Of a DNA stretch of 61,218 nucleotides, positions 35,214 through 43,243 are shown piece after piece (position 1 is the stretch's first letter; every line of letters starts with the position of its first letter). Below the pieces are notes generated by a model. That model did not search any database. It saw nothing but the letters and a program-made list of their open reading frames with translations, and was not told where the DNA came from. Source of the DNA: Candidatus Omnitrophota bacterium (GTDB taxonomy: Bacteria > Omnitrophota > Gorgyraeia > JAFGHF01); the NCBI GenBank assembly GCA_042571705.1, contig JBHPFV010000006.1, forward strand, positions 1 to 61,218, given 5' to 3'. The translations under genes were made by a program, and so were the position numbers.

Positions 35214-36144
35214 CGATTAACTTCCGGCAAGCCTGGACAATATCGTCTACAGCCAAATTATACTCTTTAATTAACTCATCGGGGGTGCCCGACTGACCAA
35301 AGCGATGATTAATGCCCACCCGCGCTAACGGCGTAGGAATACGCTCACTTAACACCTCGGATACGGCACTGCCTAAACCGCCGCTAATCATGTGCTCCTC
35401 GCAAGTAACTATGCGCTTCGTCTGCTTGGCGGCGGCAATAATAGCTTCTGTATCCAGAGGCCTGATGGTGTGCATATTGATTACCTGGACATCAACGCCT
35501 TGTTGTTCTAACACTAAAGCTGCCTGTTGGGCCTGGTTGACCATAATCCCGCAGGCTAGAATGCTAATATCTTTCCCGTGCTTTAGCCTTCTGGCCCGGC
35601 CAATCTTGAATTTATCTTTCTGAAGTAAGGTGGTCACTTTGGGCCGGCCTAAACGCACAAATACCGGACCCGGGTAATCAAAAGCCGCAAAAATTGCCTC
35701 TTTGGTCTCGGGGGCATCAGCGGGGACTACAATGGTCATATTGGGTATCGCCCGCATCAGGGCAATATCTTCCACTGCCTGGTGGCTGGCTCCGTCGGGA
35801 CCAACAGTAACCCCGGCATGAGTAACGACAATCTTGACGTTGAGGTTATTGTAGCAAATCGTGTTTCTGACCTGATCCCAGGCCCGGCCGGCGCCAAAGA
35901 TGGCAAATGTACTCACGAAAGGGATCTTGCCGCAACTAGCCAGGCCGGCGGCGATGCCCATCATGTTCTGCTCGGCTACACCTAAGTCAAAGAATCGATC
36001 GGGAAACTGCTTGCCAAATCTAGCGGTTCTGGTAGAAGAAGCCAGGTCGGCGTCTAAGGCTACCACTTGCTTATTTTTTCGGCCCAATTCAATCAACGCC
36101 TCGCCATAGGCATCGCGGGCATAAAGTTTTTCAGTTGTTACCAT
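35182..36144 (-). CDS. transketolase, C-terminal (pyrimidine-binding) subunit
   Basis: 320 aa with FDLGVAEQNMMGIAAGLA. Paired with the N-terminal subunit gene upstream. Confidence 0.9.
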   Translation of the reverse strand: MVTTEKLYARDAYGEALIELGRKNKQVVALDADLASSTRTARFGKQFPDRFFDLGVAEQNMMGIAAGLASCGKIPFVSTFAIFGAGRAWDQVRNTICYNNLNVKIVVTHAGVTVGPDGASHQAVEDIALMRAIPNMTIVVPADAPETKEAIFAAFDYPGPVFVRLGRPKVTTLLQKDKFKIGRARRLKHGKDISILACGIMVNQAQQAALVLEQQGVDVQVINMHTIRPLDTEAIIAAAKQTKRIVTCEEHMISGGLGSAVSEVLSERIPTPLARVGINHRFGQSGTPDELIKEYNLAVDDIVQACRKLIDANVKAESAS

Positions 36145-36206
36145 GAACTCTCCTTAATGAGCACGCAACTTGCGGAACGACAGTGAACGTAAGTTAACTG
36201 TGCGAA

Positions 36207-37028
36207 TTAGCTGAGTTCCGCTAAGGCCTGTTGGGTCTCTTCTTCTGTTGGCGCCCGGCCATGAAAATCAACCACGTGCTCCATAAAAGATACGCCTTTA
36301 CCTTTAATAGTTTGGGCGATAATAATTGTGGGTTTGCCTTTGACTTGTTTAGCCTGATCAAAAGCAGCCATGATTTCAGTGATATTGTGCCCATCAATTT
36401 TAATCGTCTGCCAACCAAAAGCCCGCCATTTATCTTCCAAGGGCTCAACATTCATTATCTCTTTGACTTCCCCGTCAATCTGAAAGCCATTATTGTCCAC
36501 AATAGCGCAGAGGTTATCGCAAGCGTAATGGGCCGCGGCCATAGCCGCCTCCCAAACCTGTCCTTCTTGCATCTCTCCGTCACCTAAAAGACAGTAGACG
36601 CGACTCACCCGGCGGTCTAGCTTTGCCGCTAAAGCCATGCCTAAAGACACCGAGAGCCCTTGGCCTAAAGAACCGCTGGCCAACTCTACCCCGGGAGTGC
36701 GCAGGTCGGGATGTCCTTGCAAGATACTGCCTAACTTACGCAAGTTCTGCAGCTGTTCTTCCGGAAAATAGCCTGATTCGGCTAACACAGCATACCATAA
36801 AGGACAACAATGCCCCTTGGACATGTGAAACCGGTCTCTTTCGGGCCAAGTAGGTTCCGCCGGTTTATGGCGCATGACCGCGAAATAAAGACAAGTAATC
36901 AAGTCAGTCGAAGAAAGTGAACCTCCGGGATGGCCGGAACCGGCCCGACCCAACATCTTAATAATTAGCCTGCGAATCCGCTTGGCCTTTTCCTGTAATT
37001 GCGCGATCTGATCTTTTGAATGGCTCAT
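36207..37028 (-). CDS. transketolase, N-terminal (TPP-binding) subunit
   Basis: 273 aa with SGHPGGSLS and GDGEMQEGQVWEA. Confidence 0.9.
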   Translation of the reverse strand: MSHSKDQIAQLQEKAKRIRRLIIKMLGRAGSGHPGGSLSSTDLITCLYFAVMRHKPAEPTWPERDRFHMSKGHCCPLWYAVLAESGYFPEEQLQNLRKLGSILQGHPDLRTPGVELASGSLGQGLSVSLGMALAAKLDRRVSRVYCLLGDGEMQEGQVWEAAMAAAHYACDNLCAIVDNNGFQIDGEVKEIMNVEPLEDKWRAFGWQTIKIDGHNITEIMAAFDQAKQVKGKPTIIIAQTIKGKGVSFMEHVVDFHGRAPTEEETQQALAELS

Positions 37029-37035
37029 CTTTAAC

Positions 37036-38625
37036 CTAACGCGATGCCTTTCTCTGATTTTCCAGCTTTTCTAACTTTTCTTTTATTGAGCTGCGCTCGG
37101 GCTCAAGCCCCTGGGCCTTTTCCCAGGCATCCTGGGCCTTCTGGAATTCGCCTTGGGCATGATAGATGTCCCCCAAATGCTCCCATATCTCGGCATCCTC
37201 TAAAATACTGGTTGCCCTTTTGACCTCGGCTAAGGCCTGATCAATCATTCCTTTTTTAAAATAGACCCAACCCAAACTATCGATATAGGCCCCGTTATTA
37301 GGATCTATCTCTAAGGCCTGTTTAATCAACTCCTCGGCCGCGGCAAGATTAATTCCTTCCTCCGCATAAATAAAGCCTAAATAATTTAAGGCATCGGCAT
37401 TACTGCTGTCTAATTCCACTGATTTCTCTAACGCCTCAAACGCCTTTTGGCGCTGGCTGGTCTGTTCATACATCGCCCCTAAATAAAAATAGCCGGTGCC
37501 GCTTTCAGGCTGGGCGGCAATTGCCTTTTGGTAGGACTCAATCGCCTTTTGATTTTCTCCCAGTTGGGTAAAAGCCAGCCCTAAAATAAGGTTAACTTGC
37601 TCTTCCCGAATCTGGCGCAATTCTTTAACTTTGGCCGCGGATACAAACTTGGCTTCTACCGTAATCCGCCAGCTATCTTTGTGCTTTTGGGCCTCCTGGA
37701 GAATCTCCAGGCATTTTTTGTATTGCTTGAGGTCCAAATGAATGTAAGCTAACTCTAAATAAGCATCAATATCGTAAGGATTGAGTTTGAGAATAAATTC
37801 ATATTGCCTGAGGGCATCGTCAACTCGATTATTCAAATAATAGGTCTGGGCCAGGCGGCGATAAACATTGATATTCAGCGGGTCAATGCCTAAAGCCTTT
37901 TGGTAATGCTTAATCGCCTCAGGAAAATTTTGGTTGATCTCGTTCAGTAAAGCTAAAGCCAGCTCGGCCTGTAAATAATCGGGAGCGATCTCCAGGGCCT
38001 TTTGGAAATGCTCTTCGGCAAGATCTAAAGTATTGGATTTAGTATACATAATGCCCAAATTAAAGTGGGCCTGTTCTGAGTCCGGCTTAGCTTGAAGGAT
38101 CTCCTGATAAATCTCAATCGCTTCCTCCAGCTTATCCTGAATTACGTATAGATCAGCCAAAGAAGCTAAGATTTCTAAATCATCAGGGGCGTCTTTGAGC
38201 AAATCCTGGTAGGCGGCAGTGGCTTTCTCAAATTGTTCCTGGGCCGTATAAAAGTGGGCCAGGATCCGGCGGACACTTAAGTCTTCGGGAGTCAGGCCCT
38301 TAACAATTAAGAATTCCTCTTCGGCCTGCTCGTATTTGCCGGATTTAATATAATCTACGGCCAGTCTTTTGTGAATAGCCGGGACAGTAGAATCTAATGC
38401 CGAGGCAGCCAGGTATTCCTTAATCGCCTGCTCGACATTGTCCTCATGGTCGTACAATATACCCCGGATATAATGGGCGTGGGTTTTGGAAAGATTCTTG
38501 GAAGACTTTTCGCTTACAAGACTTACATTTTCCTCTAAAGAAAGGTCGCTAAAACCTATCTCTTCTCCAGCACAAAAGGCTATCACAACCGCGGCTATAG
38601 CAAGTAATTTAATTAAATTGCGCAT
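37036..38625 (-). CDS. TPR-repeat protein, exported
   Basis: 529 aa with a hydrophobic N-terminal signal and more than 10 recognisable TPR units (A..Y..AL...P pattern). Confidence 0.8.
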   Translation of the reverse strand: MRNLIKLLAIAAVVIAFCAGEEIGFSDLSLEENVSLVSEKSSKNLSKTHAHYIRGILYDHEDNVEQAIKEYLAASALDSTVPAIHKRLAVDYIKSGKYEQAEEEFLIVKGLTPEDLSVRRILAHFYTAQEQFEKATAAYQDLLKDAPDDLEILASLADLYVIQDKLEEAIEIYQEILQAKPDSEQAHFNLGIMYTKSNTLDLAEEHFQKALEIAPDYLQAELALALLNEINQNFPEAIKHYQKALGIDPLNINVYRRLAQTYYLNNRVDDALRQYEFILKLNPYDIDAYLELAYIHLDLKQYKKCLEILQEAQKHKDSWRITVEAKFVSAAKVKELRQIREEQVNLILGLAFTQLGENQKAIESYQKAIAAQPESGTGYFYLGAMYEQTSQRQKAFEALEKSVELDSSNADALNYLGFIYAEEGINLAAAEELIKQALEIDPNNGAYIDSLGWVYFKKGMIDQALAEVKRATSILEDAEIWEHLGDIYHAQGEFQKAQDAWEKAQGLEPERSSIKEKLEKLENQRKASR

Positions 38626-38647
38626 TTGGAACGGATGAGTCTACCCC

Positions 38648-38737
38648 TTATCTTTTCTTATGCCTGTCTCTTCTCATCCTTTTTTTTCGTTTGTGTTTGG
38701 CCATCTTTTTTCTTTTACGCTTCTTACCGCAAGGCAT
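38648..38737 (-). CDS. 29-aa highly basic protein, bS22 / AURKAIP1-COX24-like small ribosomal protein
   Basis: Below the ORF-track size cut-off. GGAGG lies 9 nt upstream of the ATG (38735-38737). Translation MPCGKKRKRKKMAKHKRKKRMRRDRHKKR, TAA at 38648-38650. It closely resembles the MP.GKKRK..KMA.HKRKKR.R..RHK small-protein family. Confidence 0.65.
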   Translation of the reverse strand: MPCGKKRKRKKMAKHKRKKRMRRDRHKKR

Positions 38738-38751
38738 CTGGTGAACCTCCG

Positions 38752-39645
38752 TTAATGAATTACTTTATTCAGAGAATATTCGATAATTCCTTCGGCCCCG
38801 GCCTTTTTCAATTGGGGGATCAGCACCCGGACAGTCTTTTCGTCAATTACTGTCTCTAGGGCCAGCCAGCCTTTCTGACTTAAATAAGAAAGTGTGGGTT
38901 TACGCATGGCCGGTAGAATTGCTGAAATCTTGGGCAGGTCTTTCTGGCGCAGGTTCATCTTTAAGCCTACCTTCTCCTGGGCCTCTACTGCGCCGTGGAG
39001 CAAGAGGCTTAAGGCCTCCATCTTTTTTCTCTTCCAGGAATCTTGCCAGCTGTTTTTGTTAGAGATTAATTGCGTCACCGAGGTGCAGACCGTATCGATA
39101 ATGCGCAAATTGTTAGCGGCCAGCGTGGCCCCGGTTTCAGTCAGCTCAACTATCGCCTCGACTAATCCGGTAGCTAATTTGGCCTCGGTGGCCCCCCAGC
39201 TAAATTCCACATCAGCTTTAATCTTTTTCTTTTTCAAAAAGCCTTTGGTGACGTTAACTAATTCGGTGGCGATGCGCTTGCCCTTGAGCTGCTGGGCCCG
39301 CTTAATCTTGGAGTTCATCGGTACGACTAAAACCCAGCGTACCGGGACTAATCTTTTCTTGGCGTAAATCAGCCGGCTGACCCTGACTACGCTGGATGAG
39401 TTCTCCTGGGTCCAGTCTTCCCCGGTAATCCCACAGTCCAGTACCCCGGCTTCCACATACCGCGACATCTCCTGGGCCCGTAATAAAATCGGCTCAATCT
39501 CCGGATCATCAATATCGGGAAAATAAGACCGGCTGCTTAAGCCCACCTTAAACCCGGCATTGTGAAACATCTTCAAAGTAGCCTCTTGCAGACTGCCCTT
39601 GGGTAAACCTAATTTCAGTATTTTCTTAGTGTTAGTTCGTTTCAT
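38752..39645 (-). CDS. hisG: ATP phosphoribosyltransferase, long form
   Basis: 297 aa with LKLGLPKGSLQEATLKMF plus a C-terminal regulatory domain. Confidence 0.9.
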   Translation of the reverse strand: MKRTNTKKILKLGLPKGSLQEATLKMFHNAGFKVGLSSRSYFPDIDDPEIEPILLRAQEMSRYVEAGVLDCGITGEDWTQENSSSVVRVSRLIYAKKRLVPVRWVLVVPMNSKIKRAQQLKGKRIATELVNVTKGFLKKKKIKADVEFSWGATEAKLATGLVEAIVELTETGATLAANNLRIIDTVCTSVTQLISNKNSWQDSWKRKKMEALSLLLHGAVEAQEKVGLKMNLRQKDLPKISAILPAMRKPTLSYLSQKGWLALETVIDEKTVRVLIPQLKKAGAEGIIEYSLNKVIH

Positions 39646-39726
39646 TATTCACCTGACCTATCTAAAGCTGCATAATTTTATCATATCCGCCTAAATTTGT
39701 AAAGGGTATTTGTAGATTATTTTACC

Positions 39727-39755
39727 TTGTAAATTGCAGATTATTAGGCTATAAT
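39727..39755 (+). promoter_or_regulatory. sigma70-like promoter for ppiD
   Basis: TTGTAA (39727-39732), 17 nt, TATAAT (39750-39755). GAGG RBS 6 nt before the ATG at 39778. Confidence 0.5.
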
Positions 39756-39777
39756 AGGCCAAAAAGCGAGGTATAAA

Positions 39778-41403
39778 ATGCTGAATTTTTTGCGAAAAAA
39801 AGGAAATATCAAAAAGATTATGTGGGGCCTGGCGGCTTTGATTGTCCCGGCCTTTGTGCTTTGGGGCAGCGGCAGCTCGATCCGTTCCAGAGACGACCTG
39901 CCTAAGCATGCCGGTGAGATATTCGGCAAAAAAGTGTCTTTTCGCCAATATGAAACCGCTTGGCAGGCTGCGCGTAATCAGCTGCTTTTAATCTACGGGG
40001 ACAACTTTAAGAAAATAGCCCAGTATCTTGATCTGGACAAAGAGGCTTGGGAGAGGCTGATCTTACTCTATCAGGTCAAAGCCGAACGGATTAAAGTTGG
40101 CAATGAAGAGGTGATCGGATTTATTGAACGCCATCCTTTTTTTCAGGAAGACGGACGCTTCAACCAAGGCAGGTATAAGGTCATTTTGGACTATAGCTTC
40201 CGGATTAGCCCCCGTGACTTTGAGGAGCAAGTTAGGGAGATGCTGGCGATCGGTAAACTAAGAGAGCAGCTGTTCAATGTGATCGAGGTCTCTGATCAAG
40301 AGATCGAGCAGGCCTATAAGCAAGAAAATGAACAGGCCAAGGCGGCTTATGTCTTTGTCGATCCGGATGAATTCAAGGCCCAAGTTCAGCCGGGCTATGA
40401 ACAATTGCAAACCTACTACGAAAACCAAAAAGAAGAATTCAGAAAACTGGAACAGGTGAACGTAGACTACGCCGGGTTATATTTTGATCAGGCCCAGGTG
40501 GATATAGAAATCGGCGAACCTGAAGTTCAAGAATATTATCAAAAAAATCAGGATCAGTTTTCCGCTGAAGGCGAGCAAGATCAACCGATTACTAGACCCT
40601 TAGCCGAGGTCAGCTCCGAGATTAAAGAGAAACTGACCGCGATCAAGACCAGGGAAACCCTGGAAGATCAGATTTGGCAATTATCTGATGACATTGGCGA
40701 AGAACCCGGTTCGTTCGCCGCGGCCGTCGAGAAAAATCAGCTGGAATTAAAAGAAACCGGTTTTTTTGGCCCGCAGCAAGTCATCCCTGAAGTCGGGCTT
40801 TCCTATGAATTCTTAAATACCGCCTTTGCCTTAAAAATCGGCGAAATCAGCAATGTCCTGGAGACCCCCAAAGGGTTCTTTATTATTAAAGTAAAAGCGA
40901 AAAAAGAAAGTCAGGTCCCGCCGCTTGAGGAAATCAAAGCCGAGGTGGAAAAAGCGGTAGTGCGTCAGGAATCCTGGCAACTGGCCCAGAAGCGCAGTGA
41001 AGAGCTGCTCACTCGATTGAAAGATTTGATGCAGAAGGATAAGCTTGGTTTTGATCGGGCTGCGGAGAAACTCTCTTTAACCGTGACTAATTCCGAAGGG
41101 TTTACCCGCTCCAGTTATATCTCCGGCATTGGCCAGAGCCCGGAATTTGCCGCGGCGGCCTTTGCTTTAAAGACCGGCGAAGTTAGCCCGGTAGTGCGCG
41201 TACCTAATGGCTATTGCATCTTAAGCCCGCAAGAGATTATTCCAGTTGATCAGGAAAAGTTTGTTGAGGAAAAAGAGCAGTTTGGCCAACAGCTGCTGGG
41301 GAGAAAGAAAGAACAGACTTTTGCGGATTGGCTGGATCAGTTGAAACAAAGGGCAAGCTTAGTAAATAATATCACCAAGCTGAAAGAACAAAAATCACCT
41401 TAG
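39778..41403 (+). CDS. ppiD: PpiD/SurA-like periplasmic chaperone (membrane-anchored, parvulin-type)
   Basis: 541 aa. N-terminus MLNFLRKKGNIKKIMWGLAALIVPAFVLWG is typical of PpiD. SurA_N-like region and a parvulin-like segment near the C-terminus. Confidence 0.7.
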   Translation: MLNFLRKKGNIKKIMWGLAALIVPAFVLWGSGSSIRSRDDLPKHAGEIFGKKVSFRQYETAWQAARNQLLLIYGDNFKKIAQYLDLDKEAWERLILLYQVKAERIKVGNEEVIGFIERHPFFQEDGRFNQGRYKVILDYSFRISPRDFEEQVREMLAIGKLREQLFNVIEVSDQEIEQAYKQENEQAKAAYVFVDPDEFKAQVQPGYEQLQTYYENQKEEFRKLEQVNVDYAGLYFDQAQVDIEIGEPEVQEYYQKNQDQFSAEGEQDQPITRPLAEVSSEIKEKLTAIKTRETLEDQIWQLSDDIGEEPGSFAAAVEKNQLELKETGFFGPQQVIPEVGLSYEFLNTAFALKIGEISNVLETPKGFFIIKVKAKKESQVPPLEEIKAEVEKAVVRQESWQLAQKRSEELLTRLKDLMQKDKLGFDRAAEKLSLTVTNSEGFTRSSYISGIGQSPEFAAAAFALKTGEVSPVVRVPNGYCILSPQEIIPVDQEKFVEEKEQFGQQLLGRKKEQTFADWLDQLKQRASLVNNITKLKEQKSP

Positions 41404-42251
41404 ACATTGCCCAGATAAACATGCTCCAGTTTTTCTAAAGCGATTTTTTCGGCAAGTTTCAGAGTTTCTACCGGCGTGGCCGGCAGATCGCTTTTATACT
41501 TCGGAAAATAACGCGAGAAGTGCAGCGGCACATCCTTCCCTAACTTCGCAGCTATCCAATCCACCAACTCCCTAAAATCTTGCTCCTGATCATTGAGCGT
41601 AGGAATGATCAGATTGGTAATTTCAATGTGACAGTGCTTTTTAGAGAATTCAGCGCAATCCAATACCGGGGCCAGACTGCCCTGGCAATGTTTTTGATAA
41701 AAACTTTCTTGCATGGATTTAACATCGATGTTCATCGCGTCAATCAGACCGACGATCTCCTCCAGGGGCTTGCGGTTAACATATCCGTTGGTCACTAAAA
41801 CATTTTTCAGACCCCGGCTGTGGGCCAGGCGGGCGGTATCACAGACAAATTCATACCAAATAAACGGCTCATTATAGGTATAGGCAATGCCGAAAGAATT
41901 GAGCTGCTGGGCCCGGTCGATCACTTCCTGCGGCGTCATCGGCTTAGTCTCGCAGTTAGGGTCTTGGGAAATGGAGAAGTTCTGACACCAGGGGCATTTC
42001 AGGTTACAGCCTTTGGTGCCTAAAGAGAGGATCGACTCGCCGGGATGAAAGTGATACAGGGGTTTTTTCTCAATCGGATCTAAGGCCACCGAGCAGACCT
42101 CGCCATAGATCAGAGAATAAAGCCGGCCGGCCTGGTTTTGCCTGACGCCGCAGCGACCGGTTTCATCTTTTTTAAGCACACAGTAATTTGGACAGAGCAG
42201 GCACCTGATCTTGCCCATCAACAATTCACAATGCACCGACTCCTTCTTCAT
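41400..42251 (-). CDS. AmmeMemoRadiSam-type radical SAM enzyme, cytoplasmic paralog
   Basis: 283 aa with CNLKCPWCQNF. Collinear with 18540..19676 but lacks the Tat signal and the C-terminal zinc ribbon. Confidence 0.8.
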   Translation of the reverse strand: MKKESVHCELLMGKIRCLLCPNYCVLKKDETGRCGVRQNQAGRLYSLIYGEVCSVALDPIEKKPLYHFHPGESILSLGTKGCNLKCPWCQNFSISQDPNCETKPMTPQEVIDRAQQLNSFGIAYTYNEPFIWYEFVCDTARLAHSRGLKNVLVTNGYVNRKPLEEIVGLIDAMNIDVKSMQESFYQKHCQGSLAPVLDCAEFSKKHCHIEITNLIIPTLNDQEQDFRELVDWIAAKLGKDVPLHFSRYFPKYKSDLPATPVETLKLAEKIALEKLEHVYLGNV

Positions 42252-42264
42252 CCCCTCCCCCTTC

Positions 42265-42325
42265 TTAAGACCGTTTCTCGAGTCAATCGGAGAAGTGTCC
42301 TAAAACCAATCGGAGAACTGTCCCC
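42265..42325 (+). repeat. module F, left 61-nt inverted repeat of the cutA cassette
   Basis: ttaagaccgtttctcgagTCAATCGGAGAAGTGTCCtaaaacCAATCGGAGAACTGTCCcc. 57/61 identical to the reverse complement of 43179-43239. Confidence 0.9.
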
Positions 42326-42331
42326 CAGCGT

Positions 42332-42649
42332 CTATTGTGTTTCTTTTTCGATCCAGTCCAGGAAGTCCTTGTTGCCGTCTTGAATCGGCAAAGAGATTAC
42401 GCAAGGACAAGAATAGTTATGCACGGATTTGACTCTGGCAATTACCTCCGGCACTAAGGCCTCCTTGGTCTTAGCCACCAAAGCCGCTTCGGTATCGTCC
42501 TGAATCTGATCTTCCCACCAATACATAGAGTTGATCTTCTCGACAATATTTACACAAGCAACTAATCTTTCCTCAACCAGCACCTGGCCAATCTTTCTAG
42601 CCTCTTCTTTGTCCTTTGCGGTAATATATACAAGATTGAGCTTGGCCAT
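42332..42649 (-). CDS. cutA: divalent-cation tolerance protein CutA
   Basis: 105 aa. The LVACVNI ... YWWEDQI pattern is typical of CutA1. Confidence 0.85.
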   Translation of the reverse strand: MAKLNLVYITAKDKEEARKIGQVLVEERLVACVNIVEKINSMYWWEDQIQDDTEAALVAKTKEALVPEVIARVKSVHNYSCPCVISLPIQDGNKDFLDWIEKETQ

Positions 42650-42650
42650 C

Positions 42651-42968
42651 TTATTTTACTTTGCTGCCGTTAGGCACTTTCTGCACTGGTGCCAGTAATA
42701 CCGGCTCAGGAATTGCCGCGCATAAAATCATCCCGTTACTTTCTACTCCTCTAATCGTGGCCGGTTCCATATTGCAAAGCACCGGCACCTGCTTACCCAC
42801 GATATCTTTGGCTTCATATTGCGCGGCGATGCCGGCGACGAGTTGCCTTTTTTCCTCGCCTAAATCGACAATCACTTTTAATAATCTATCCGCTCCGGCA
42901 ACCTTTTCGGCCTCAACGATAGTAGCCATGCGGATATCCATCTTTTGAAAATCGGCAAAGCTGATCAT
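42651..42968 (-). CDS. stand-alone tRNA-binding domain protein (CsaA/Trbp111/EMAP-like OB fold)
   Basis: 105 aa with FQKMDIRMATIVEAEKVAGADRLLKVIVDLGEEKRQLVAGIA. Confidence 0.8.
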   Translation of the reverse strand: MISFADFQKMDIRMATIVEAEKVAGADRLLKVIVDLGEEKRQLVAGIAAQYEAKDIVGKQVPVLCNMEPATIRGVESNGMILCAAIPEPVLLAPVQKVPNGSKVK

Positions 42969-42983
42969 GTTTACCCTCCCTTT

Positions 42984-43178
42984 CTATAAAGCTATCAGCA
43001 AAATAAAGGCTATCAGCACCAAAACAACCAAAACCATACCAATTAGCCTAGGTTTAGTATATTTCATTTTGCCCAAGACGCCAATGCTGCGCTGTAAACT
43101 TTCACCGCAATAAAGGCAGAGCAGGGCGTCATCGTCATTAATTGGATTCTTGCAATGTGGGCAAATATATTCTGCCAA
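42984..43178 (-). CDS. small zinc-ribbon protein with a C-terminal TM anchor
   Basis: 64 aa with CPHC-x13-CLYC, then a hydrophobic LIGMVLVVLVLIAFILLIAL. It has a TTG start, and the only SD-like sequence (GGAGAAG) belongs to the flanking repeat. Confidence 0.5.
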   Translation of the reverse strand: MAEYICPHCKNPINDDDALLCLYCGESLQRSIGVLGKMKYTKPRLIGMVLVVLVLIAFILLIAL

Positions 43179-43239
43179 GGGGACACTTCTCCGATTGATT
43201 CTAGGACACTTCTCCGATTGACTTGAGAAACGGTCTTAA
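43179..43239 (-). repeat. module F, right 61-nt inverted repeat of the cutA cassette
   Basis: ggggACACTTCTCCGATTGAttctagGACACTTCTCCGATTGActtgagaaacggtcttaa. Starts one nt after the zinc-ribbon start codon and ends 4 nt before the helicase stop. Confidence 0.9.
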
Positions 43240-43243
43240 TTAT

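Noticed and set aside
42265-43239. Calling the inverted-repeat-bounded cutA cassette a mobile element
   Set aside because: There is no transposase, integrase or clear target-site duplication. Mobility is only one of several hypotheses, so the repeats are annotated as repeats and the idea is left in the findings.
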